The notes under the pieces were generated by a model. The model did not search any database. It saw only the letters and a list, made by a program, of their open reading frames with translations, and had not been told where the DNA came from. A stretch of 63,853 bases of DNA, filler included, from Stramenopiles sp. TOSAG23-3 (taxonomy: Eukaryota), in the NCBI GenBank assembly GCA_900128585.1. It is 3 parts of 3 records of this genome, joined end to end, with 100 filler letters (N's around TTAATTAATTAA, not from the genome) between each part and the next. Parts side by side here need not be neighbours in the genome. Positions count along the whole stretch, not along the records: positions 43,676 to 63,853 come from LT642381.1; 2 more parts are not named here. The stretch is one strand, 5' to 3'. This document shows, piece after piece, positions 43,677 to 54,092 of this stretch. Within the stretch, counting starts at the first letter, position 1, and each line of letters opens with the position of its first letter. A program made the translations under genes and the position numbers.

Positions 43677-46600
43677 CACTACACCACCTTCCATAGAGGT
43701 TTGAAAGCAAAGTATGGGGCAGAAAACGCTGAGGTTCACATGTACAAGGCGCCTTCCGGTGACATGACCATGGACGTATGCGGTGCTGCATCGAAAGCTG
43801 GTATCGCAGAGGGCTTGGAGACGAAAGAGAAGCGCGATGAGCAGGAGAGGAGCGCTGTGGCCGAGTTCAGTGAACAGTCCAAGTACAAACCCGGTTCCAT
43901 GGGCGCTGATATGAAAAAGCTTATGCACGGATCAAAACCGAGAAAGTTGGCGCACATCCAACGCCGGTTGACATTGCACGCTGCAAGAAAGGCTGTACGA
44001 GTCGGCAAGGGACATTTCCGAACAAACCGAATCAAAAGACGCTTGCGAAGTGTCGCTGCATATCATCTAATTCGTCATTCTCGAGTATCAGGAAGACGGT
44101 TGGGGGCTTTGGACAAAGAGATGATGGGGATAGATGTTCCCGAGGAGAAGTTCGACAAGAGCATGTTTGCCGACCTGGGTGTGAAAGATACCATGGAGCA
44201 GAAGGAGAAAGAGCTGGTAGGCCTGAAGACCAACCTGGAAAAGGAGATTAAAGCGCAGGAAGACATGGTTGAATCAGCAGCTGATAAGTACGGCAAGGCA
44301 CTGAGTGACCCCGTCCCCGATGCAAAAGGGGACAAAACTCCGCCAGAGAACCCTGTCGTCGAAGCCCGCGAAGAATTGAAGGACTTGCAGGTAATTTACA
44401 AACAAACCAAGGATGATATTGAAAAAATACACAAGGAAGTGGAAGACTTGAAACATGTCAAGGACGTCAAGGAAAAGGTAGAGGATGACATGCCAACAAT
44501 CGAAGCAGAGACCCAGGCATCGCTGAATAAACTGGTTGCGCTCGAGAAAGCCTCAACGGCAGTAAAACCGTACGAAAACGATATCGTGTGCCATATGATA
44601 CTGAAGGAGGCGCCGAAGGACGAGTTTGGTGCAGAGAAGGGCGATCATCGCGACGATTGGCCAATGGGGCCGGACCACTTCGACCAGCAATTCGAATACT
44701 GCGTTTTGGAAGAAAGTTACCACGAACTTACGGAGATAGTGGCCGTTGCAAAAGACTTTTTGGATGATGCCAAAGTACCCTGTGCGCCCTGCTCCTACGT
44801 GAACGTTCCGAGCGAACCGTCTGACAACGGGGGGCTCCGTTACTCGCAGATGCACAATCTCAAGAACAGGTACGACGCGAAGGAAGGTCAAACGGAACGG
44901 TATGACTCGGCAAGGACATTGAAGGAAGTCAAACCCAGCATGCCAAAATATGCCGTAAAGGCCGCAGAAGAGGCCTTCTCGAGGCCTATGGCTCCAAGCA
45001 AACCGCTAAGATACGATATTAGACCGAAGGCACCAAAAGCAGTAGCTGAAGCGAAGAGCAAAAGGCAAGATTCCCTCTGTGCTGCTGCAGATCCAGAGTT
45101 CGTCGCATGCGATTGCGGAACAATGACCCCCGCCACGCTGTACAAAAAGACGACCCCGGCTAAATGCATTGATCTGTGCTCTGGAACCTACTCCGAATGT
45201 GAAACCCACGAAGTTGCCCGGGTAAAATCGTTCTGTGAGAAAAGCGTCGAAGCTCCTGTCGCGCTTACCGGCAAGGCCATCGTCGAGAGTCTGGACGAGC
45301 TTACCCTTGACAACTGCTACGACCACCACGAGCCCCTGATGTCCGCAGGAGGTAGGCGCAGATTGCGCCGTGGAAGCACGGGAAGCTCTAGACGAGTCGA
45401 AAGACCACGCCGGCCAGTGCCCAGGATTAAGACCCGTGACATCAGAGAGGTTCCGAAGAGGGGGCCACGCGTGAGGACGGAAAGGACTGGCGGTCGGCAG
45501 GCACGAGGACGGGGCGGGAAGAGAGCGACGCACAACATGCGCCGAAGCGCTAAGCCCGGCCCAGCCTGCAAGGAGGGAAGGTTCGAGCGAGGCTGCACGG
45601 CAACCAGGACTTTCAAAGCTTCCGATGATTCCCCGTTTAAGGTCACTGTAGAGCACGGTATCATGGAAGGAGAAAGGAAAGACAATGTCAGTGCCACTAG
45701 AGAGATACCCGGGTCCAAAGATATCCGGGGGGAACCCCGGCCAAGCAGAGGGCTACCACCCGATGTCCCCGACGACCGGCTCTGCTTCAATTCTGCCACG
45801 GACGGGAAGGGCGATACTGTGTCGGTCGGAAACACGTTCACATTGAAGAAAATTACTGAAGGACCAATGTGTGTAACGAAGGACGTAGACGGAAGCATCA
45901 GAGGCGACGTTCGCGTGGAAGCGACTGCGAACATTCCGAAAGAAAAGATCGATGCAGCGACTAACGAATGCTTGCGGCATAGCGATGGGAGCCGCGAGGC
46001 TGTGAAAGCATGCTGTCCCTCTGGGAAAGCGAGCGACGACCAAACCGAATGCGTCTCGGATGGGAGAGAGACCTACAAAAGCCCGGAGAGAGCGAAAACG
46101 TTCCCGTACAACGGTCAAGTCCACAAAGATATTGAGCGCAACGCAACGGTCGTAGAACTCGAGGGGCATTCGAAGGAAGACTATTGCGTCAGCGACGCAG
46201 TCTGCTTTTCTTTCAAAATGAGACAGCGCGTCAATCTCGACACCGGGTCGGTCGAGCCTGTGAGTGCCGTTGTTGAAACGAAATTGAGACCCAGGAAGGG
46301 CATTAAGAAATACCAACCATTTCAAGACCCTGAATTGAAGAGAGGGTGTGGGACAAAACCGGACCCCTGCAGTGCGCACCGGGCCGCGTCCGACTGCATG
46401 AGCAAGAAAGGCTGTGAGTTCAACGCGGAAAAACGCAAGTGCATTTCAATTGAATCTCCCAATGCCCTACCCCCAACTGACACCGCCCCACTTGCCCCGT
46501 GCCACCGTAATCCCAAGGAGGCGCTGTGCACCGCCAGGGGTGAAAATGAAGGGAAGTGCGTGGAAGACTGCAATTCTGAATGCAATGGTAGAGGAGTCAT

Positions 46601-48959
46601 CGACGTTCCAGGTGACGACTCCATGCCAGGGTACAAGAAGTGCTTCAGCGCCACGCCAAACAGCTGCCGCTCGTTTGGCAAGCTGTACTGTCAGCAGTCT
46701 AGGTCCTGCGTTGCAGGTTGCGGCATGTGCGAGGGCGATAACCCTTTGATTGCAGACAACGTGACCGGCCGATGCGTCGCACCGAGTCCGATCACCTGTG
46801 AAGCGAAAGGAAAAGTGTTCTGCCAGGAAACGGGCAAATGCGTGGAATCGTGCAAGGCTTGGGTGTGCGGCCATGGGGACGATATGCAACTAAACGATTC
46901 GACATCGTCGTCCGGGTACTCGGGAACGAGCGGGTTCGCACCGATCATAAGCAAATCGTGCGTCAAAGTTGACCTTGCTTACTGCAAGGGGATTCCAAAG
47001 AAATTCTGCGCTGCTGACCCAAAGAAAGGGACCGTTGCATCATGCATGGCGGATTGTAAAACTTGCACTGGCAGACCCTTTGATGACTCAGACGAGTGCA
47101 AAGCCCCATCTGCTTCAACAAACTCATTTTATTGTCCACCAACGGGTGAAATGGTATCACCAGATTGTTCTAGTTGTGAAGCTGGAACAGCTGGAACAGG
47201 GTCATCAGGAACCAAGGTGACTCTTGACTTCGAAAACGCGACCACTCGCCGGTGCGAAGTGTCAACTCCCCCAACGCCAGCTAATATCGACCGGTTTCAT
47301 TGCAAACTTAAGGATGGCGAAGTGGACAAGTGGGTCGAGAAATGCCATACCGAGTGTAAACTCGTGCACGGAAGCGATGTATGGCGCAAAAACATTGCTG
47401 ACCCCGACACGAAAACTTGCGTAGGACCATCCCCTGAGCGTTGCAGATCCATGGGAATGGCGCACTGTGCGGGCGGGTACAACAATTACGGAATGTGCGT
47501 CTCCACCTGTCATCATTGCCACGTCAGAAGCAACGATGAGTACACCATTGGCGGTGTCACCTATGAGCACTTGAATTACAACAATTCTGGTGTCTGCGAA
47601 ACGACGGCAAACGCACGAGACACATGCTTGGGTGGTAGTAAAGTCTGGTGCGAAGCCTTGGAGGAGTGCCATGACAGCAGCTGCAGCGATTGTAAACTCA
47701 CCACCGGGGAAGAGTTCACCTTCAAAGAGGCTACGGGAGGTGGGTACGAGTGCACCAAACGGGACTGCGAGGAGTGGGAATCCTTCTGCCCGATGACGAT
47801 GAAGTGCGTTGGGTGCAATGGCGACGACTGCAAGAGCAACTGCGACTTTTGCCCAGGAAGTCCGATCGAGACCTGGGTAAGTGAATCCGCGTACGCATCG
47901 GTCTGCCTTGTGCCCAATGAAGAGCGGTGCAAGGATCAGTGGATGGATTACTGCGAAGCCGACAAGACCTGTAAAAATCGATGGGGTGATTCCAATACAT
48001 GCAGGGACTGCCAAGGGGAGTCGAACTGGTCTCCTAGTTCCCCAGGGAAGTGCGCCAAGAGAGAAGAAGTGGTCGCCACGTGCAGTGATCAGGGCCAATA
48101 TTATTTCAACGGTGCTTGCAAACCCGACTGTTCCGAAGTTGACTGGGAAGGAAGGCAGTTGGTCGCCAACGCTTCCGAGGCAATGTGCAGTGTTGCCCAG
48201 GTCGCCGAGCACATGGAACGCGAAGTTACCGTATACGCGAACGAGTACATGGACATGGAAAGTGACTCTACCATGGAAGGAGATTATTCTGAATACGCGG
48301 GCGAGGAGGTGCCTCCCATGGACGGCATGATTGGCGAGTTCGACCCTTATGACCCGAAGGAGATGGACACGACACAGGACGTTGGCATGATGGAGGATCT
48401 TGAAAAAGAGTACGAAAAGTACTTCGATGAACAACATTCGCAGTACGGTAAAACAAGGCGCCGTCGACGCCTCAAGATGGTCCCAGGTAAGTTTGAGAAA
48501 GCATTGCCCAAAAGAGCCATTGACGACAAGTACAATGCTCGGGGAGGCCCCGTCAAGCCAGAGACCACTGGCGAAAATATGTCACCCTTGGCCCTTTACG
48601 ACTTGTGCGCCAAGTCGAAGAACATGGCTCCAGAATGTACCGAAAAAGCCCCCCCGCGGCCAGAAGACATTGTGACGACTACGGAAACCCGGCGTGGATT
48701 CTTTTGCAGTCATTACAACACCATCGTGTTCGACTGCAAGAAATGCGACTGCGACACCATGCCATCAGACATTGACGGTGTAATGACCTGCATGCCTCCG
48801 ATACCGATGAAGACCGGCTGCGATGACCCTAAAGCATTAAATTACGATCGTTGCGCAGGAAACTCCAAGCCAGAGGTGTGCGACTACGATTTCGAACGCT
48901 TCGAATTGGTCCCAGACGTGGAATTGGACACAACCAAGGGGTTTGATTGGGGAAAGTAA
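43677..48959 (+). CDS. Very large Cys-rich, probably extracellular protein, 5' truncated
   Basis: More than 1750 codons, open to the gap; coiled coil, recurring (F/Y)C...CV..C..C modules, RRL polybasic sites, acidic Met-rich patch, GCDDPKALNYD near the C-terminus. Confidence 0.8.
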   Translation, partial: HYTTFHRGLKAKYGAENAEVHMYKAPSGDMTMDVCGAASKAGIAEGLETKEKRDEQERSAVAEFSEQSKYKPGSMGADMKKLMHGSKPRKLAHIQRRLTLHAARKAVRVGKGHFRTNRIKRRLRSVAAYHLIRHSRVSGRRLGALDKEMMGIDVPEEKFDKSMFADLGVKDTMEQKEKELVGLKTNLEKEIKAQEDMVESAADKYGKALSDPVPDAKGDKTPPENPVVEAREELKDLQVIYKQTKDDIEKIHKEVEDLKHVKDVKEKVEDDMPTIEAETQASLNKLVALEKASTAVKPYENDIVCHMILKEAPKDEFGAEKGDHRDDWPMGPDHFDQQFEYCVLEESYHELTEIVAVAKDFLDDAKVPCAPCSYVNVPSEPSDNGGLRYSQMHNLKNRYDAKEGQTERYDSARTLKEVKPSMPKYAVKAAEEAFSRPMAPSKPLRYDIRPKAPKAVAEAKSKRQDSLCAAADPEFVACDCGTMTPATLYKKTTPAKCIDLCSGTYSECETHEVARVKSFCEKSVEAPVALTGKAIVESLDELTLDNCYDHHEPLMSAGGRRRLRRGSTGSSRRVERPRRPVPRIKTRDIREVPKRGPRVRTERTGGRQARGRGGKRATHNMRRSAKPGPACKEGRFERGCTATRTFKASDDSPFKVTVEHGIMEGERKDNVSATREIPGSKDIRGEPRPSRGLPPDVPDDRLCFNSATDGKGDTVSVGNTFTLKKITEGPMCVTKDVDGSIRGDVRVEATANIPKEKIDAATNECLRHSDGSREAVKACCPSGKASDDQTECVSDGRETYKSPERAKTFPYNGQVHKDIERNATVVELEGHSKEDYCVSDAVCFSFKMRQRVNLDTGSVEPVSAVVETKLRPRKGIKKYQPFQDPELKRGCGTKPDPCSAHRAASDCMSKKGCEFNAEKRKCISIESPNALPPTDTAPLAPCHRNPKEALCTARGENEGKCVEDCNSECNGRGVIDVPGDDSMPGYKKCFSATPNSCRSFGKLYCQQSRSCVAGCGMCEGDNPLIADNVTGRCVAPSPITCEAKGKVFCQETGKCVESCKAWVCGHGDDMQLNDSTSSSGYSGTSGFAPIISKSCVKVDLAYCKGIPKKFCAADPKKGTVASCMADCKTCTGRPFDDSDECKAPSASTNSFYCPPTGEMVSPDCSSCEAGTAGTGSSGTKVTLDFENATTRRCEVSTPPTPANIDRFHCKLKDGEVDKWVEKCHTECKLVHGSDVWRKNIADPDTKTCVGPSPERCRSMGMAHCAGGYNNYGMCVSTCHHCHVRSNDEYTIGGVTYEHLNYNNSGVCETTANARDTCLGGSKVWCEALEECHDSSCSDCKLTTGEEFTFKEATGGGYECTKRDCEEWESFCPMTMKCVGCNGDDCKSNCDFCPGSPIETWVSESAYASVCLVPNEERCKDQWMDYCEADKTCKNRWGDSNTCRDCQGESNWSPSSPGKCAKREEVVATCSDQGQYYFNGACKPDCSEVDWEGRQLVANASEAMCSVAQVAEHMEREVTVYANEYMDMESDSTMEGDYSEYAGEEVPPMDGMIGEFDPYDPKEMDTTQDVGMMEDLEKEYEKYFDEQHSQYGKTRRRRRLKMVPGKFEKALPKRAIDDKYNARGGPVKPETTGENMSPLALYDLCAKSKNMAPECTEKAPPRPEDIVTTTETRRGFFCSHYNTIVFDCKKCDCDTMPSDIDGVMTCMPPIPMKTGCDDPKALNYDRCAGNSKPEVCDYDFERFELVPDVELDTTKGFDWGK

Positions 48960-50569
48960 AGAAAACACTCCGTGGGAAAGTGTTGTCGAATCAACTGCCT
49001 TTGTCAACTACAACAACGTCGTGGCGAAGGCTTGAATCGATCACTCCAAGATTTATATTCATAAAAAAAACAGTTTTAAAAATATTTTTTATTTTTATTC
49101 AATGCTATTCTAATGCTAATCGATTCATCGTTCTAAAAAATGAAAAACACGACCGACGTTGTTTTTCTCTAAGTAAAATGCCATCATAGACACCTGTGCT
49201 ATAAAGTGTTCAGTGTCCTTGGCGCGAAAAAAAATCCGACTCGAATTTTAAAGTATGGAAGCGTTCCGGCAGAAAACGGCAAAAAAAAGGAAGGGAGACG
49301 TCTATTTGCATAAGTTTAGATCAGGCAATCGTTCCAGCCACGATGTCCGGCTTTTTACGAACGTTTATAAATTGTTTGCCCTTCAATGACTTGGAAATGC
49401 AGTTCTTAGGGACAATTTTTTGTGAAATGGACGATTTGAGCCAAACGCCACCCGAACGATCACTTATTCACTTGTTGGCGTTGGAAAATGAACGGTACTG
49501 GCATACTTTTATGTATTAGAAAGCACTTCTGGCTGTTTAAATTTATAAAAATTATTCTTTTTTCATAAAGATCTCTTCGTTTCAAATAGTTAACACAAAG
49601 TCCTTTGCACTTTTTCAATTCCGCGCCAAAGATACTCGTCATTGAAAAAATCTCTTTATAGATGCTGTGTCAATATTTTATGAAAAGAAGAAATAAAGAG
49701 GAAGGAAAAAGTCCAGGAAGTGATTTTATTTTATAATAGTCGTACCTTGGTATAAAATACTCTAATTTCGTCGTCGTCTAAATATTCCTTTAATATTTTA
49801 TATTACATGCGCATAGAATAATAAGATCATCAGAGAAGAGAGAAAAGAGGCATTCTTATAATTAAATTATATTTGTACGGTCCTTCTTTTTTTGTACATC
49901 AAAGCTATTATCATCATCAAGCTTCACTCCATTTTACGAAGAATATTAAATAATTCTTTCTTCTTCTTCATTCATCTTTTCTATTATTTTATTATCTTCT
50001 TTTTCTCGTCCGTCTTTTATTAGACTAGTCTAGAACTATTAATAACTAAAGCTATCATGGTAATACGAGTAGATATTTTTTCGTCTTCTTCTTCTAAATA
50101 AATGTAATCGCCATACCATTGTTTTAATTTATATCGTCATAGTACGGTATAAAATAAACCTCCTGGGTATTGTTGTACGGTAATACTCCTCCCCGCCCCG
50201 GCGCCCCAGCGCCCCGGTAGTAGCTAATATAATAAATAAAAAATAATAATATTATAATTCATCTTTTTTTCTTCTTTTTTTGTTTGTTTCTAGTACATAT
50301 CACTCAAACCCCCACCATCAGCATCATCTGTGTAATCAAATCGCTCAATGGCGTTCCCTCGACCAAAACGGAACATTGTTTAAATTTCTATACGAGAAGC
50401 AACCCAACAACCCCTGAATTAAACGATTCTTTTCTTGTTTAGTGGCTTGTGTGCAAGCCCCATTTCCTATACTGCCAGGTTGAGGGAAGACTCTCCAACC
50501 TTTTAGCGAAGACGTAGTCAGTTCGCCTGCCCACCGCCCAGTCTTATCGTTTTTTCCTGTTCCAGCACT

Positions 50570-52966
50570 ATGGAGGGGCGCGCGACGGGACGGAAAAAAT
50601 TCCGGCGCGGCCTGCCTTCAAAGATCAGGCGCTTCTCGCGCATGATAAAATTTAACGATGGTGTCGAAGACGAGTCTAGAGCTGCGGCTGGCAGTGGCGA
50701 CGGCGACTCGTCGGTCGTAGTGGACGAGTCAAAGCCGTACGACTCCAGCGCTATAACCACCTACATACGAGACAACTGGATTCGCCAAAAGCTGTGCAGT
50801 GAAGAGGTGCGTTTTTCGACGTTCAAGCCCACGAATTTGTTTGTCAGTACGTTCAATGTGAACGGGAAAAAACCGGGAGACGGCAGCTTGCGCGCATGGT
50901 TGAGCCACAACGGAACGTTTCCCGGAAAGGGGAATATGCCGAGCCTGTACGTCGTGGGGTTTCAGGAAATCGTCGACCTGAGCGCGGCGAACGTTATTGC
51001 GACCGACTCTGAAAGCCACACGCGGACCCTGATGTGGCAAGATTTGCTCCAGAATGAGATCAATGCAATAGCGAAGCCGCGCGGAATTGTCTACGAGCCT
51101 GTCGCTTACAAGTATTTGGTCGGCGTTGCACTGTGCATATTTGTCTCCAGCGAACACCGCGAACATGTGGGGGGGGTGCAGAGCGCGAACGCGGCCAGCG
51201 GTATAATGGGGGTTTTAGGCAACAAGGGGGGTTCGTCGATAAGGTTTCAGTTTTACGACACTACCGTTTGCTTCGTCTGCTCCCACCTCGCGGCCCACCG
51301 CGGGAACGTGGGCGGGCGGAATTCTGATTTCGCTTCCATTTTAGAGAAGACCGAGTTTAAACACCAGAGTGGGGACGACCAAGCGGCCAAAGCGCCCGCG
51401 CACTTGTCCACCGTCAGCAGCGAGTCCCACGCGGACGGCACCTTCGGCATCTTAGACCATGACGTTGTCGTTTGGCTGGGCGATTTAAATTATCGAATTA
51501 TGGAAGGGGTGACCATAGACGTTGCGTACGAGATGATCGAGGAAGGAAACCGGGGCATAGACTACTTGCTAAAGTGGGACCAGCTGAATCGCGAGCGGGA
51601 CGCGGGGAGGGCCTTTCAGTCTTTCGAGGAAGGCGACATACGTTTTCTGCCGTCGTACAAGTTCATCCCAGGGACGGACCAGTTCGACAATAGGAAAGAG
51701 AAAAAGATGCGAGTCCCTGCATGGTGCGATCGCGTCCTGTGGCGCGTGAGAAGCGGAAACCAGAGCACCACCCCGGACACCGGCGACGGTGGCCGACCGT
51801 TCGTCGAGTTGGTGGATTACGCGCGGGTCGACAGTATCGACGTTTCCGACCACAAGCCGGTGGCCGCGATTTTCTCGCTACAAGTGAAAGAGATCGATAG
51901 GGAGAAGCAGAAGCAGGCGTACAGCGACATAATTAGGCGGCTAGATAAATGGGAGAACGACTCGATGCCAAAGGTCGAATTGCAGGAAAGGGACCTCAGA
52001 TTTGACAACCTGAACTTCGACAGCCCTCGCACAGTGTCGGTCTCGGTAAAAAACACTGGGCTGGCTCAGGCGACGTTTCGATTTGTCCCAAAGTTGGAGG
52101 AGAAGGAGTTCTGCAAGCCTTGGCTGTCCCTGCACCCTTCGTTCGGGATGATCCCTCCCGGAGAAAGCCTTGAGGTGGAAGTGACCGCATGTTTGGATCG
52201 AACGGCCATTCACACGCTCAACTGTGGCCGAGACACGTTAGACGACATCTTGATACTAAGGTTTGAAAACGGCCCCCACTTTTTTTTGTCGGTTTCGGGG
52301 TCCGTGCTCCCAACATGTTTTGGGATGCCGCTAGGAAAGTTGGTCGAAGCCCCAGGACCCGTGCGTGGGGCTGCCCCCGGGAGCGGCGTGGAGACCTCGA
52401 CCCCCGTTAGCATTCCCTCCGAGCTTTGGCGCCTTGTCGATGCCTTGTACAAAAACGGGGCCATGCAAATGCAAAACCTGTTCATCGAGAAAGCCCAAGT
52501 CAGCGAATTGCACGAGTTGAGGGAAGCGCTCGACACTGGCAGTCCTTTCCGGAGCGAAATATCTCCCTACGCGTTTGCGATTACCTTGATCGATTTCCTG
52601 GAAAACCTGGCCACCCCAGTCCTGCCCTTCAACGGTTCGCTCGTCAAGGCAAGCGGCGAAGACATAAGCGTAGGCTGGTGTACGGAGTACATGGCCACCC
52701 TCCCGCCGGTAAACCACAACGTGTTCGTTTACGTTGTTGTGTTCTTGAAGGAACTGCTGACTCACACGGATAAGAATCGGCTCACCGCCACGGCCCTGGC
52801 CGATATCTTTGCAACCGTTTTCACCTTTCCTTCTACGTGGGCTCCAGTCGAGGACGAAAATTTTTTGAGTGCTGGCGATATGACCCATCTGCTGCAGGGC
52901 AAGAACCGGATTGCAAAGGCGACCAGAAACGCTAGATGCATGATTTTAATCTATTTGTCGGCATAA
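50570..52966 (+). CDS. OCRL: OCRL/INPP5B-type inositol polyphosphate 5-phosphatase (5-phosphatase, ASH, RhoGAP-like)
   Basis: GFQEIVDL, GNKGG, WLGDLNYRI, PAWCDRVLW, SDHKPV, LDKWEN, LDDILIL, IP.ELWRLVD. Confidence 0.93.
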   Translation: MEGRATGRKKFRRGLPSKIRRFSRMIKFNDGVEDESRAAAGSGDGDSSVVVDESKPYDSSAITTYIRDNWIRQKLCSEEVRFSTFKPTNLFVSTFNVNGKKPGDGSLRAWLSHNGTFPGKGNMPSLYVVGFQEIVDLSAANVIATDSESHTRTLMWQDLLQNEINAIAKPRGIVYEPVAYKYLVGVALCIFVSSEHREHVGGVQSANAASGIMGVLGNKGGSSIRFQFYDTTVCFVCSHLAAHRGNVGGRNSDFASILEKTEFKHQSGDDQAAKAPAHLSTVSSESHADGTFGILDHDVVVWLGDLNYRIMEGVTIDVAYEMIEEGNRGIDYLLKWDQLNRERDAGRAFQSFEEGDIRFLPSYKFIPGTDQFDNRKEKKMRVPAWCDRVLWRVRSGNQSTTPDTGDGGRPFVELVDYARVDSIDVSDHKPVAAIFSLQVKEIDREKQKQAYSDIIRRLDKWENDSMPKVELQERDLRFDNLNFDSPRTVSVSVKNTGLAQATFRFVPKLEEKEFCKPWLSLHPSFGMIPPGESLEVEVTACLDRTAIHTLNCGRDTLDDILILRFENGPHFFLSVSGSVLPTCFGMPLGKLVEAPGPVRGAAPGSGVETSTPVSIPSELWRLVDALYKNGAMQMQNLFIEKAQVSELHELREALDTGSPFRSEISPYAFAITLIDFLENLATPVLPFNGSLVKASGEDISVGWCTEYMATLPPVNHNVFVYVVVFLKELLTHTDKNRLTATALADIFATVFTFPSTWAPVEDENFLSAGDMTHLLQGKNRIAKATRNARCMILIYLSA

Positions 52967-53029
52967 GTTTTTGAATATAGCCCCCTGCTCGATGATTTGC
53001 AGTTCTATTTATGGTAAAAATATAATGAC

Positions 53030-53186
53030 AACAAGAAAATTAAATGCCTGATGTTATTTTAGAATATTATCTACTTCATACTTTGTAGGTAAAAAGTAAA
53101 TATAATATTTTACGACATACCAAGTTAGGATTAGGGTACGACGAAGCTAAATTTAATTACTTAAATAACAGCCAATTTTCTTGTTT
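53030..53186. repeat. Inverted pair of the dispersed AAAATTGGCTGTTATTT motif
   Basis: Reverse copy at 53151-53186 (ttaattacttaaataacagccaattttcttgtt); degenerate forward copy at 53030-53062. Confidence 0.7.
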
Positions 53187-53285
53187 AATAATAACAAAAA
53201 TCAAACAACATAAAATGCTGTGTTATATATAATCAAAAAATATTTTATACGAGCGACAATCTTCGTGCAGTACTTCGTTCGTACT

Positions 53286-54092
53286 TTAAAGTGTCTCCAG
53301 AAGACGGGCGATAAGAACTTTTTTGTTCCCCTGTATGGAAAGGCCCGCAGCTTTCAAGTGCTTTTTGAGGTCACTGGGCTTCATTTTCTTCACTGCTTTC
53401 GAGTCCAGCGCGGCACTCCCAGCCGCCGCCTTTCCTTTGCCTCCTTTCTTCTCTTTCCTTTTTTTCTGCGCCTCCGCAGCTGCCCGCTTGTCCGCTTCTC
53501 TCTTTTCCCTCAGCTCTTCTCCAAGGACCTTTTTTCTCTCTCGCTCCGCCTTGATCTCATCCAACCTTAGCCGGTCGAGCCTGGCCTTCTGATCAGCCTT
53601 GGACTCATCGGGAGCGCCCGAAGAAACAATTTCAATGTCAAAAATTAAGTCGTCCCCAGGCAAAATATCGGGGGCCATACCCGAGCCTTTACAGCCGCTC
53701 TCCCCGTAGGCGTACGCCGCTTTCATGACAAACTTCGCCCGTTCGCCAACTTCCATGCTCAGCACGGCAAGGTCGAATCCCTTGACAACTTGCCCATTGC
53801 CTGCAATAAAAGAGAATGGGGTGGAGTACGCGGACCCAACCTGCCGTGACTGATCAAACTCTTCTCCGTTCCGGTCTAAAATACCGACATAGTGCAAGTA
53901 TACCATTTCGCCCTTTTGGACCAAGGCGGTAGCAGTCTCGCCTTCACCAGAATCACCGTGCTTTGCGTGCTTCGTAACAATCTTTAACACCCCCCCGTCG
54001 CCCGATGGTGTTATGTCGACAGCACCAGAAAACTCAGTGCCAGAGCTTGCCGTGGCACCCTCGTCTCCCGCGTCAGTTGCAACGGACGTCAT
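53286..54092 (-). CDS. FKBP-type peptidyl-prolyl isomerase with C-terminal SAP domain
   Basis: GDGGVLK, HYVG, FDQSR, VVKGFD, AYAYGESG, LIFDIE; SAP MKPSDLKKHLKAAGLSIQGNKKVLIARL. Confidence 0.9.
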   Translation of the reverse strand: MTSVATDAGDEGATASSGTEFSGAVDITPSGDGGVLKIVTKHAKHGDSGEGETATALVQKGEMVYLHYVGILDRNGEEFDQSRQVGSAYSTPFSFIAGNGQVVKGFDLAVLSMEVGERAKFVMKAAYAYGESGCKGSGMAPDILPGDDLIFDIEIVSSGAPDESKADQKARLDRLRLDEIKAERERKKVLGEELREKREADKRAAAEAQKKRKEKKGGKGKAAAGSAALDSKAVKKMKPSDLKKHLKAAGLSIQGNKKVLIARLLETL

